Shown: piece by piece, positions 38,219-47,637 of the stretch
Numbering within the stretch: position 1 is the first letter of the stretch
Layout: every line of letters begins with the position of its first letter
From: Nitrosopumilaceae archaeon
GTDB taxonomy: Archaea > Thermoproteota > Nitrososphaeria > Nitrososphaerales > Nitrosopumilaceae
Assembly (NCBI GenBank): GCA_965214835.1
Contig: CBDCCK010000002.1
Coordinates: 288,001 to 352,000 of the forward strand
Direction: 5' to 3'
DNA length: 64,000 nucleotides
The notes under the pieces: generated by a model
Seen by the model: only the letters and a program-made list of their open reading frames with translations
Told to the model about the DNA's origin: nothing
The model's database searches: none
Position numbers and translations under genes: made by a program

Positions 38219-38247
38219 GTAAAAGTTTACCCCTCCCCTGAGATACG
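38219..38247. mobile_element. MITE family B copy 4, left part only, abutting IS481
   Basis: GTAAAAGTTTACCCCTCCCCTGAGATACG. Confidence 0.7.
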
Positions 38248-39288
38248 TCTATCATACGAAAATTAGTTCCGCCTAAGATCAGGCGTACTTTGAAGAATTA
38301 TTTTAGGCTGTACCGATCAAAAAATGTGAAGAAAAGATTGGGGAAAAAGTCGCTCCGGTACATAGAAAGGCAGAGAAAAAAGGGCGTGCCTGCAAGGCAG
38401 ATAGTCCGGGAGCTGGGCATCAGCGACAGGTACGTTAGGAAGATATGGGCCAGGTTCCGTAGATCCGGCACGGTCCTGCCGCAGAACGGGGCAGGAAGGC
38501 CCGGCATGGGCATGGATCCCGGGGATGTCAGAGCGGTCCTTGACGCATATTCCCAGATGCCGTCGGGTGCAGAGCGGCTGGCATTGCGCATGAGGGCCGC
38601 AGGCAGGCAGATAAGCTACTATTCGGTATACGGGATCATGAAGGTCGAGGGAATCACGGGCAGCTCGCCCGGAAGATCCAGACAGCTCAAATGGCTGCGC
38701 TATGAGCGCATGTATTCCAACGCAATGTGGCACACAGACTGGCACGAAATGAGGGATCCACGCCTGAAAAAGCTCAATCTGGCAGGCGTATCTTGACGAT
38801 TCCTCTCGGTGCATAACCGGATTCGGCGTCTTTGAGCACGCGACCTCGGAGAACGCAGTCATGGTGCTGCGCAAGGCCATCCGGGAGTTCGGGACGCCGG
38901 CCCAGATACTCTCGGACAACGGCGGCTGCTTTACGTCGGCTAGGCGCGGCACCCCCCGGGGGCAGCTGGACGCCCACGCTGTTTGAGGACGAGCTGCTAG
39001 AGCGCAACATCATGCTGCTCAACTCGCGCCCGTACCATCCACAGACCAACGGCAGGCTGGAGAGGTGGCTTGAGACGCTTGAGGGAGCTGGCGCACTTTG
39101 CCAAGATAGACGAGTTCATCGAGTTCTACAACGAGCGCAGGACGCACTGGTCGCTTGACATAGAGCGTGCCGAGACGCCCAGGATGGCGTTCCGGAGCCG
39201 GGAGGCCACAGAAGCGATCAGGAAAAGCAACCCAAAATGGATGGAGGAGGACACCGGTGATGGTGCGACATAATTTTCATATAATACA
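38248..39288 (+). mobile_element. IS481-family element, frameshifted transposase
   Basis: 'MWHTDW', 'LDDSSR', 'ILSDNG', 'SRPYHPQTNGRLER', 'YNERRTH' spread across three frames; imperfect TIR (TCATACGAAAATTA / TAATTTTCATATAATACA). Confidence 0.85.
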
Positions 39289-39344
39289 TTCGTGCACTGG
39301 AAGGCATTGGGTTTTATTCAATCGGTTTTCGCCTAGTCTAACAT

Positions 39345-39426
39345 TAGACTTTATGCACAATCGACCTGAATGAGATGAATTTGTTCGTAATAATCCTAGA
39401 TCTGAACCGATTATGCATAAAGTCTA
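39345..39426. mobile_element. MITE family D
   Basis: TAGACTTTATGCACAATCG / CGATTATGCATAAAGTCTA TIR. Confidence 0.75.
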
Positions 39427-39439
39427 TTACCATAGAGAA

Positions 39440-39685
39440 ACAAAAAGAGTGCTCATAAGGCAAGACGAAGACGGGGTTTGTCTCCGAGGTACCGGATCTT
39501 CCCGGGTGCATATCCCAGGGAAAGACCAGACAGGACGCCGTCGCAAACGCCAAAGATGCCATGTCGGGATACTTGTCCAGCCTAAAAAAACACGGCGAGC
39601 CTATTCCTTCCACGTTGGCGAAGAGACCGTAGAGATACATGTCCAGACTGCCTGCTGTTTCTGCAATAGAACCAATCAAGATTAG
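39440..39685 (+). pseudogene. Third hicB-hicA remnant
   Basis: 'RVLIRQDEDG' / frameshift / 'VSEVPDLPGCISQGKTRQDAVANAKDAM..Y..L..HGEPIP', then MSRLPAVSA.E.IK HicA start. Confidence 0.75.
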
Positions 39686-40170
39686 AGTCAAAAGAATTTC
39701 CGGAGATGTTGTAGGAAAGACTGGAAACTGTGTTTTTTGCCGGTTCTGGTTTTGAATGGCGCAAAGACAAGCTCCACTCCAAGCACAAAATTCCAAATCG
39801 CTATTTTTGTCCGGTCTTGCACATTCGTTGTCGCCGATCATTGTCTTTCCAAGATTTTTTCAAGGCTAGTCAACAGCAATACTGCGAGCCGGAGCGGGTT
39901 CCGTCTTCACGCATCTTCAAACCCGCATCATGGGGCGGCATTGATCAGAAGATCCATGCCAAACTCTGTACTTTTACGGCCTTTCGTCTAGGCTCAGCCC
40001 GTCATGGGACAGCAGGTTCCACGATTGCCCCTGTTCTGCAAAGTTTTTTGCCAAGTTCTCCGGGTCGTGTCTGGACACACCTTCCAGAATTGGTCAAAAA
40101 TTCGCCCAAAACATCGGCATTAAGGTGTCAGTACCACGTCCTTATGTGGGGGAGTATTTGCCTCAAATAG

Positions 40171-40265
40171 TATATTTTGTGCAACTGATCTCTCTTTAGA
40201 AGAGAGAAAAGATACATAAATTATATATATTTTATGTAACTAATCTCTCTTTAAAGGAGAGAAAG
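40171..40265 (+). promoter_or_regulatory. Tandem palindromic operators upstream of AbiE
   Basis: 40-bp direct repeat (40171-40210, 40226-40265), each with a TCTCTCTTTA(G/A)A(A/G)GAGAGA palindrome; AT-rich TATA-like segment between. Confidence 0.75.
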
Positions 40266-41090
40266 ATGGCACAAAATATACGGTTGGGGCCGCAGGAAAC
40301 AAAACTACTGTTTAGTCTGGAAATGAAGAAAATGAGTGTCTTTACCTTCGACAATGCTAGAAATATTCTTGAAGGAACAGATTCTGCTGCTTGGAATGTA
40401 ATTGAAGGATTGAAAAAAAAGAAGAGATTACAAGAAATTGAAAACGGAAAATATCTCCTTATCCCTGCAAGAGCCGGTCCTGAGGGATATTGGTCTGAGG
40501 ATCCCTGGCTAATTGTACCTCGACTAATTGGTGAATATTATGTCGGATTCTGGACTGCGATGAATTTTTGGGACATGACAGAACAGATACCCTACACGGT
40601 TTTTGTCGTTACACCGAAACGAAAGAAAAATCGCATCCTAAAGTTTGGAAATCAAAAATTCCAGTTTGTCACCATATCAAAAAAGAAGTTTTTTGGATAC
40701 GTCGAACACAGAATAGGAAAAAATAACCATTTTAACATTTCTTCAAAAGAAAAAACGGTGGTTGACGGATTAACTCACCCGGAATATTGCGGTGGGATAG
40801 TAGAAGTAACAAAGGCGATGTGGAACATACGAAAAGAAGTCGATTGGGATGAAATTTATCAACTAACCAAAAAAATTGGAATCAATGTCGTGTTACGCAG
40901 ACTGGGCTATCTGCTCACTATTCTCGATATAGAAAAAAACCTGTCTGAGAAAATAAAAAAAGAAACAGCTAGGTATCCCTATAGTTTTCTTGATCCTACT
41001 GCTGCAAAAACAAGAATTGCATATTCAAAGGAATACGGATTAATACTTAACAGAACAAGGGATGAATTGCTTAGCTGGATGGAGTACTAG
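40266..41090 (+). CDS. abiEi: Type IV TA antitoxin AbiEi-family
   Basis: N-terminal wHTH, 'YYVGFWTAM.FW..TEQIP..VFV.T', 'EKT.VD.L..P.YCGG', 'RRLGYL'. Confidence 0.88.
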   Translation: MAQNIRLGPQETKLLFSLEMKKMSVFTFDNARNILEGTDSAAWNVIEGLKKKKRLQEIENGKYLLIPARAGPEGYWSEDPWLIVPRLIGEYYVGFWTAMNFWDMTEQIPYTVFVVTPKRKKNRILKFGNQKFQFVTISKKKFFGYVEHRIGKNNHFNISSKEKTVVDGLTHPEYCGGIVEVTKAMWNIRKEVDWDEIYQLTKKIGINVVLRRLGYLLTILDIEKNLSEKIKKETARYPYSFLDPTAAKTRIAYSKEYGLILNRTRDELLSWMEY

Positions 41091-41092
41091 AA

Positions 41093-41854
41093 ATGGATGC
41101 AGACGAAATAAAGTCGCTAGGCGGCAGGCATGGGGTGTTTGCAGAGACCATCCAAAAAGATTATTCTGCAACTGTCTTGTTGCTTGTAATTTCAGAATTT
41201 TCAAAAATATCTGAAATGGTGTTTAAGGGAGGCACTGCACTCAAAAAAATATATTTTCCAGATGCGAGATTTTCAGAAGATCTTGATTTTACCTGTAATA
41301 GCGATATCTCAAATGAACTAGAATCTTTACTAAAAGAGAAAATCAAGCAACTTGATGCGAATTTCACCGAAGTCAAGAAGATGGAAACTGGTAAGCGCAG
41401 TCAAAAATACTCTGTAAAGTACCTGAATTATAACGGTCATCCCATGTCCGTCAAAATAGACCTTAGTTTGAGAGAGGAAGTGGTTAGGAACGTAGAAACC
41501 CTGCCAATTCAGCATTTTTACAGTATACTGGAAACTGGTAGTTTTTCCATTCCTAGCATGAGTGTTGAGGAAATTATGGCTGAAAAAATACGGGCATTGG
41601 CATATGCCCAAAAGCCACGTCATTTGTATGATGTGTGGTATCTCTTTGAGCAAGGCATTGAACTCGACAAAAGTTTAGCAAATTCAAAACTGTCTTTCTA
41701 TAAAGAAGAGTTTTCATCAGATAAGATAAAAGACGGCATTAAGAAAATGAAAAATGAGTGGGATGTAGATCTAAACCCCTTACTTCCAACAGTTCCGTCA
41801 TTTGACGAAATATCAAAAAACGTTATTCAGAACATCGAAACTGCGATGAAATAG
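41093..41854 (+). CDS. abiEii: Type IV TA toxin AbiEii nucleotidyltransferase
   Basis: 'FKGGTAL', 'RFSEDLDF', 'AEKIRA', 'RHLYD'. Confidence 0.92.
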   Translation: MDADEIKSLGGRHGVFAETIQKDYSATVLLLVISEFSKISEMVFKGGTALKKIYFPDARFSEDLDFTCNSDISNELESLLKEKIKQLDANFTEVKKMETGKRSQKYSVKYLNYNGHPMSVKIDLSLREEVVRNVETLPIQHFYSILETGSFSIPSMSVEEIMAEKIRALAYAQKPRHLYDVWYLFEQGIELDKSLANSKLSFYKEEFSSDKIKDGIKKMKNEWDVDLNPLLPTVPSFDEISKNVIQNIETAMK

Positions 41855-42182
41855 CACAATTGTACACAGGAGAATAGACTTTATGCGCAATCGGCCGTGA
41901 CTAAAAACTACGCAAGATTTTCCAAACGTCAGCGTGTTGATCAGATCAAACTGCCGCATGCGGATCATCATGTCACGACGCACGCAAAAACCGGTTACAT
42001 CAAAAAGATATGCACAGTCCTGCGGCATGGCGATGCGCCCCGTCGACGAGCTAGGAACAAGGCGGCCCGTGCCGCCGTACTCCATATGTCGGGCAGCGGC
42101 GGCAGAAGAAGCAGCAACATTGGTCGCAGCAGCTGGTCTTCCCCTGCCTGGCGGCGGCGGTGGTGTGCGCGCCGGTTCGAAT

Positions 42183-42293
42183 GTAACAGCTCGGACTCTG
42201 GAAGTTCAGGTGTGAATTTTGTCGTCCCGAAAACCCTGATTGAACACATTCGTGCCTAAAATCTGGAACGACTTCCAGGATGCGAGATGTTAC
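42183..42293. mobile_element. MITE family A copy 3 with 8-bp TSD GTTCGAAT
   Basis: GTAACAGCTCGGACTCTGGAAGT...ACTTCCAGGATGCGAGATGTTAC; TSD at 42175-42182 and 42294-42301. Confidence 0.88.
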
Positions 42294-42552
42294 GTTCGAA
42301 TCTGGCCCGGCTGGCTTTGGGCGTGTTTTGGTTTTAGGCATGGAGCTGGTCTTGGATGTACTGCCGACGGCGACTCCCAATATGGTGCAGTCTTCCCAGA
42401 AGTTCCCAGAAAAACGGCTCCAAATTTGCCACAATTCAGATTATGATGCCTGCAGATCCGCATGCAGCCGTCTCCACCACCATGAGTCGTGTACATCTGG
42501 GAAGACTGTGGTGGCATATAGGTATAAAAAACCCCCACTGATAGTGCCGTAA

Positions 42553-43002
42553 GTGGATAGAATAAAACGACTCTCAATGGAGGTTCTAGACAAACACAAA
42601 TCAAGATTTGGCCAAGACTTCTCCGATAACAAAAAAGCGCTAGATGAGGTCACGATTATTCGTTCTAAAGGACTCAAAAATGAGATTGCAGGTTATATTA
42701 CAAAACATATCAAGCGTGAAGTTCACGACAGCGAGCTAAAGCGTGCACAAGCTGCTAAAGAAGGACAGACCGTCGCCGAGGCAGAAAAAGTCCCAGAAGA
42801 ACCTGTCAAATCATCTGAAGGTACTACTGAATACGTGCAAGAGACAGCTCCCGAGCATTCGGAGACCCCGACTGACGCGCCCGCAGAGACAGCTCCCGAG
42901 CATTCGGAGACCCCGACTGACGCGCCCGCAGAGACAGCTCCCGAGCATTCGGAGACCCCGACTGACGCGCCCAAGTCCGAGTCAGAAGACCGCATGATTT
43001 AG
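42553..43002 (+). CDS. rps17e: 30S ribosomal protein S17e with acidic repeat tail
   Basis: 'F.QDF.DNKK.L', 'SKGLKNEIAGYIT'. Confidence 0.88.
   Translation: MDRIKRLSMEVLDKHKSRFGQDFSDNKKALDEVTIIRSKGLKNEIAGYITKHIKREVHDSELKRAQAAKEGQTVAEAEKVPEEPVKSSEGTTEYVQETAPEHSETPTDAPAETAPEHSETPTDAPAETAPEHSETPTDAPKSESEDRMI
42841..42972 (+). repeat. 45-bp tandem repeat, about 3 perfect units (ETAPEHSETPTDAPA)
   Basis: GAGACAGCTCCCGAGCATTCGGAGACCCCGACTGACGCGCCCGCA. Confidence 0.95.
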
Positions 43003-43033
43003 GTTTATTTTACATCCCTTCCAAAGACAATCA

Positions 43034-43801
43034 TTGATCAAAATCAAATTCCTAGGCGGCGCAAAAAAGTCGTTTTCGGCAGACTCTCTGGACTTGGATG
43101 ATGATCAGCTGGTTTTAGAGAGGCTGCTTGATATACTGCAGGCAAAAAAACCGGAGGGCACGCCCGACCTTGATGTCAGCAACATACTGGTTGCAGTAAA
43201 CGGCGTTGATTCCTCTGCAATGGATGGCAAAAAAACGGTCGTCAGCTCCGGCGACATAGTAAGCATAATCCCCGTGATTCACGGGGGCGCATCGTCCATG
43301 TTTTGCATCCAAAGAGTCAACGTGGCCGTCTTTCCCGTGCGCGGCAAAAAAACACTAGACTATGAGTTTCTAGACTCCCTGCGCGCCAAATTCCCGAAAA
43401 CGACAGTCCAGGCAGTCTCCTCAAAATTCATACTAAACATATCGCACGTCAAAAAAATCGTGGGAATCTCTCTGGAATCAAAGAGGCGCGGCATACTGCT
43501 CTCTGACAAGCTAGAAACCGATATCCTACTAAGGTTTGCATCCACCACCCAGATATCTCGGGCCATCTCCGATCTGGGCATAAAGCCAAGCAAGGACTTT
43601 GTAGTGATTGCCCTGGGAGCGAGATCCTCCCTTGAGAAGATGGAGGGGGAGCTGCGTGGCAGGGTCGAACCGGGCGTTCTGCAAAAAAACTCTGGCCACC
43701 TACGAAAGTACTTCAAGATATCAGGCAGGCAGCTGGACTCGGTCTCATCGGAGACCCCGCTGGAGGACATCCTGCAGGAAAAGGCCTCAGTCCTCTTCTG
43801 A
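43034..43801 (+). CDS. ThiS/MoaD ubiquitin-like domain fused to KEOPS subunit Cgi121
   Basis: 'LVAVNG..D...VSIIPVIHGG' then 'ETDILLRFASTTQISRAI..LG'. Confidence 0.85.
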   Translation: MIKIKFLGGAKKSFSADSLDLDDDQLVLERLLDILQAKKPEGTPDLDVSNILVAVNGVDSSAMDGKKTVVSSGDIVSIIPVIHGGASSMFCIQRVNVAVFPVRGKKTLDYEFLDSLRAKFPKTTVQAVSSKFILNISHVKKIVGISLESKRRGILLSDKLETDILLRFASTTQISRAISDLGIKPSKDFVVIALGARSSLEKMEGELRGRVEPGVLQKNSGHLRKYFKISGRQLDSVSSETPLEDILQEKASVLF

Positions 43802-44314
43802 TAGGGACCGCCTCCTTTTCTCAACGCTGACTATCTCATCTGGCCTGACGACTGAGACCCCTGCCGTCGGCCCCAGAATCTCAACTAGTACCACCCAGTC
43901 GGGATCCTCCAGCGACACCTTGTTGTCAATTATGCCTGCAATCTCGGCAATCAGCTCCCTGCTTGACAGCTCCGAGTTCCTTTTCTCCACCGTAATCCTG
44001 TATGTCTGCCCCTCCCTGATTGCGGATTTTATTTTCCCAACACTGGCAACGATTTCCCCGGTTTGACTGGCGGACGTCTTGTGAATCGGAATGATCCTCT
44101 GAGAGTATCGGATGAGCCACGGCTCGTCCTCAACCATCTCTGATACCCTCCTTGCGATCTCTACGGGGTCATGGCCTGTCCTGACGGCAAGTATTCCCGG
44201 CATGTCGGTAATGGAAACCTCCGGCCTCTCAAGCCCGTTTTTTTCAAATATCGACTCGATCTCCTCTAGGGTGTCGTGCTCAAAATGCCTGGGACATGTC
44301 ACAATCAGGTTCAA
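43787..44314 (-). CDS. THUMP-domain RNA-binding protein
   Basis: 'TYRITVEKR', 'KVSLEDPDWVVLVEI'. Confidence 0.88.
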   Translation of the reverse strand: MNLIVTCPRHFEHDTLEEIESIFEKNGLERPEVSITDMPGILAVRTGHDPVEIARRVSEMVEDEPWLIRYSQRIIPIHKTSASQTGEIVASVGKIKSAIREGQTYRITVEKRNSELSSRELIAEIAGIIDNKVSLEDPDWVVLVEILGPTAGVSVVRPDEIVSVEKRRRSLSEED

Positions 44315-44913
44315 ATCGTACCTAAAATCTCCCTTCCTGCTATTGCCCCCTCCCTGATCACGGCCGGCTCTCCGGTAAGATCAACGACGGTCGACTCTCC
44401 CTTGCCCACAATCACTCCCCCGTCTATAAAGGCATCATAGCCCCGTATGCTTTCAATGCACTCCCTTGGATCGACAAACGATCCTGTCCCCGAGGGGTTT
44501 GCACTGGTCCCTACCAGCAGGCCGCACACTTCCAGAATCCTCCTCGTGCACTCCCCGCCTGGAACCCTGACTGCTATCTTGTCTTTCACTCCCAGCGACC
44601 TTCCCATGATGCCGTCCCTTAGGTCCAGAATCATCGTTACCCGCCCCGGCCAGAACCTTTCGGCTATTTTTCTCGCATTTGGGTTCAGCTCGACTATGTC
44701 CTCCAGCTCGTCAACGGAGGACGCAAGTACCGGCAGGGGCTTTCTTTGCGCCCTTTGCTTTATTTTGTAGATTCTCCGGACCGCCGACTCGTTGTATGGG
44801 TCGCACCCGATCCCATACACCGTGTCTGTGGGAAAGACTATGACTCCCCCCCTCCTGATCACCTCGCCGATCTCCCCGATGTCTTGGTCCGAGCACTTTA
44901 AGGTTCTTGACAC
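44311..44913 (-). CDS. sua5: L-threonylcarbamoyladenylate synthase (Sua5/TsaC)
   Basis: 'FPTDTVYGIGC', 'K.R...KPL', 'FWPG', 'TSAN.SG', 'STVVD'. Confidence 0.93.
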   Translation of the reverse strand: MSRTLKCSDQDIGEIGEVIRRGGVIVFPTDTVYGIGCDPYNESAVRRIYKIKQRAQRKPLPVLASSVDELEDIVELNPNARKIAERFWPGRVTMILDLRDGIMGRSLGVKDKIAVRVPGGECTRRILEVCGLLVGTSANPSGTGSFVDPRECIESIRGYDAFIDGGVIVGKGESTVVDLTGEPAVIREGAIAGREILGTI

Positions 44914-44982
44914 TGCTCTGTGGGCGAGTCCTAGTTATTTTAAGATAGATTTGTTAATATTGGATTCTGACGGGGCGGCATT

Positions 44983-45075
44983 GTGAGCCTGCCGTCTGAC
45001 TATGAGGATACGGAATTCGAGGATGACTTTGATGATGATCTGGATGACTTTGGGGACGATGGCCTAGATGGCTAG
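44983..45075 (+). CDS. Candidate 30-aa highly acidic micro-protein
   Basis: GTG-SLPSDYEDTEFEDDFDDDLDDFGDDGLDG-TAG, downstream of an AT-rich promoter-like segment. Confidence 0.5.
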   Translation: MSLPSDYEDTEFEDDFDDDLDDFGDDGLDG

Positions 45076-45351
45076 CCCAAAGTTGTCTGCAAACTTGCTA
45101 AACGACTGATACGCCTGCAAAAACTCCCTTCCTGACTGGCTGATTCTGTACTTGGAGGCCCCCGAACCGTTTACTTGCTCTAGCAGACCCTGGGAGACCA
45201 ACGTGGTCAGAATTCTTGAGATTCTAGCATGGGAGATGTTTGCCTTTCTGATGAGATAGGTCACGCTTGCCCCGTCGTCGTCTTTCAGCTCGTCCCTCGT
45301 CGTGCATAGTATGTCCCCGATTATCCTCATATGCGTCCTGTATTCTGCCAT
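45064..45351 (-). CDS. Winged-helix regulator (HTH_45-like)
   Basis: 'YRT.M.II.DIL', 'T.LIRKANIS', 'YRISQSGREFL'. Confidence 0.85.
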   Translation of the reverse strand: MAEYRTHMRIIGDILCTTRDELKDDDGASVTYLIRKANISHARISRILTTLVSQGLLEQVNGSGASKYRISQSGREFLQAYQSFSKFADNFGLAI

Positions 45352-45428
45352 GCTGCTTCCCTACACTGTACTGACTAGACATCCTCCAATATATTGGTAA
45401 GATAAAAGAAATTGACAATGTAATTTGA

Positions 45429-46106
45429 TTATTTATCCAGCTCCGACGGCTCTTCCCCGTCAAAGTCCGGAAACTCGTCCTCGATTTTGATCCTAGTCAG
45501 GGGAATCCTGCTTACCGGCACAAACAGCGCAATCAGGCCCCCGATCTTGATTATGTTTGATGCAAAGTACAGGACCGATTCGGGAAAGACAAACGAGTAC
45601 CATGACAGAAACTCCCCTAGGGCCAGCATTGCCAGCCCCGTGGCAACCATTATGGTCCCCCTCCTCCTGTTTTCAAAGTATGACATCATCGTCTCTATGG
45701 CACCATATGCGAGCAGGATAAATGACACGGATCTGAATATGTGCTCTATGTGAATCGACGATACCAGGAAGAGCGGAAATGCCGCGACTGATCTAAAGTA
45801 CCTACCCTTTGGCAGGAACGCCTTGATGCTGTGTGAGAATGCGATGAAAAAGTATCCCACCGTCTGAATTCCTATCCCCACCGTCTGAACCCACATCTTA
45901 ACCTGTCCTGACTTTACAACCAGGTCGTCTACCACAAATCCGACCCAGATGACGCAAAAGCCTGCACTTATTGCAAAAAACGCAATTGACAGCCTGAACA
46001 GCGTGGGACTACCCGTGTTTCTAAATCCGATTGCCGACATGGCACCTATGGCAAATCCTACCAAAAATCCGACAAAATTAAGAATGCTCTCTATGGGTAT
46101 CTCCAA
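45429..46106 (-). CDS. Multi-pass membrane protein
   Basis: About 7 hydrophobic helices. Confidence 0.75.
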   Translation of the reverse strand: MEIPIESILNFVGFLVGFAIGAMSAIGFRNTGSPTLFRLSIAFFAISAGFCVIWVGFVVDDLVVKSGQVKMWVQTVGIGIQTVGYFFIAFSHSIKAFLPKGRYFRSVAAFPLFLVSSIHIEHIFRSVSFILLAYGAIETMMSYFENRRRGTIMVATGLAMLALGEFLSWYSFVFPESVLYFASNIIKIGGLIALFVPVSRIPLTRIKIEDEFPDFDGEEPSELDK

Positions 46107-46167
46107 CGCCTATGAACAGGTTTTTCCTGCTAATTATTTTAACATGATGGATGGCTTTGCAGGGCGG

Positions 46168-46392
46168 CTAGTCCCAGTCATCTAGCGTCCCTGCAGACTC
46201 GCCTTCGGTACTGCCGGTATAGTCCCCTAGTATGTCCGAGTACCTCGCGTCGTTGTGCGCCACGTATTTTACATACTCGCCGTAGCTCATATCGAGGTCG
46301 CAGCTGGTGCACTTTACAAACGAAAAGTCCGGCGGCAGCTCAGCGTCTTCTTTGCACTTTGGGCACTTGATCTTCATGATTTCTGATCCCAC
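46168..46392 (-). CDS. Small Zn-ribbon protein
   Basis: CPKC ... CTSC. Confidence 0.75.
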   Translation of the reverse strand: MGSEIMKIKCPKCKEDAELPPDFSFVKCTSCDLDMSYGEYVKYVAHNDARYSDILGDYTGSTEGESAGTLDDWD

Positions 46393-46409
46393 TTGGTGTC
46401 TATTAGATT

Positions 46410-46480
46410 GTAAGGTCGCCTCCCTCGCAGGCCAGGCATGAAAATCACAAGCTCCCTAGCTGGCCGAAGGGCGACCACAC
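46410..46480. mobile_element. Short MITE related to family C
   Basis: GTAAGGTCGCC / GGCGACCACAC ends; GCCAGGCATGAAA shared with the 8706 copy. Confidence 0.5.
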
Positions 46481-46768
46481 AAAGCCAGAGTTCCCGACAT
46501 CGAATTGAAAAATCATGGTTGATTTTCCAGATATCCTCCTGGATCTTGCCGCGTACTAGACTGGATCCCGGGCCTAGTTTGTCAAGCACGGGAGGGATTT
46601 TGGCGGCTTTGCCTTTGATGCCTAAAGGCCTGACTGGATCGAAAAGGGCGCCGGATTCCGTGCATGCAAAGCCATGAGTGGGCGCAAGACCCGGGATGGG
46701 CTTGAGTGCACATCTCCAGCTATCGCTACTGACAAAACAATAAAAGTGGCCACAAAGTCCGATATTCT

Positions 46769-47053
46769 GTGGCTAGAACGTGCACCAAATGCAAGAGCCC
46801 CATTGCCGAGGGCGAGCAGCTGGATATCGTGGCAGAAAAGTATCCCTGCTGCAACAAGTGCTGGGCAGAATGGAAGGAGTATCAAATCATGGTCATGAAC
46901 GAGATGAGACTGGACATGTCAATGCCTGATCACCGCAAGGTGCTCAAAAAGCACGAAAAGGTCTTCGTCGGGGTACTGACTCCAGAGGGAGACGTTGTTG
47001 ACTACTCAAACGAGGACAACAGGAGTCCCGAGGAGCAGCCTACATCCCAATAG
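46769..47053 (+). CDS. Fe(II)-trafficking protein YggX-like
   Basis: 'C.KCWAEWKEYQIMVMNEMRLDM'. Confidence 0.8.
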   Translation: MARTCTKCKSPIAEGEQLDIVAEKYPCCNKCWAEWKEYQIMVMNEMRLDMSMPDHRKVLKKHEKVFVGVLTPEGDVVDYSNEDNRSPEEQPTSQ

Positions 47054-47501
47054 TCTTTTTTGCGTTATCTGGAATCAGCTTCCGCATCAGGCTCCCTTTT
47101 GCGTCATCAAGGCTGTCTACTGCCCGGATGATCGTCGAGCCGATGACCCTTTGCTGCTCTGGAGTCAGGGACATGAAGATTTCCAAAATGCCGTCTAGGT
47201 TAAACCGGATAATCTTCTCTGGACGGTTTGAAATCTCCCGGACATATGCGCCAAAAAGCAGGGCTCTTTGCCCCTCCTCAAATGTGGCGAGCACCTCCAG
47301 CCACGTCTTGCACAACCTTGCAAAGTTTGGAAACGGAATGTCGGGTCCTGCGGACAGGGCATTGTCGATGATCTCCTGCCTCTCTTGATCATCCATTGTG
47401 AAAAACTCCCTGAGTCTTTTTGTCAGGATGGGCCTTCTTAAGAAATCAGGCAGGCTGGCAAGGTTCACGATGATGTTTCCCGCATAGTTTGGCTCTGACA
47501 T
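47040..47501 (-). CDS. Conserved hypothetical protein
   Basis: 153-aa ORF from ATG 47501 (MSEPNYAGNIIVNLASLPDFLR). Confidence 0.7.
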   Translation of the reverse strand: MSEPNYAGNIIVNLASLPDFLRRPILTKRLREFFTMDDQERQEIIDNALSAGPDIPFPNFARLCKTWLEVLATFEEGQRALLFGAYVREISNRPEKIIRFNLDGILEIFMSLTPEQQRVIGSTIIRAVDSLDDAKGSLMRKLIPDNAKKTIGM

Positions 47502-47637
47502 GGTTTCCTGATCTGCGCATTTGGTATTAAATGATTCAAAAACAGGAATCCCTGTAAATCTCAAAGCTTGGATTCGCATTTTTCCGAGTGCGCGGATCTA
47601 GAAAAGAGAGGATATTTGTTGTTTTCTAGGCGCCGTC

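Noticed and set aside
39690-40170. Possible gene between the hicAB remnant and AbiE
   Set aside because: No recognisable motif on either strand; looks degraded
42841-42972. CRISPR-like repeat
   Set aside because: Head-to-tail identical units with no spacers, in frame within rps17e; no cas genes in the window
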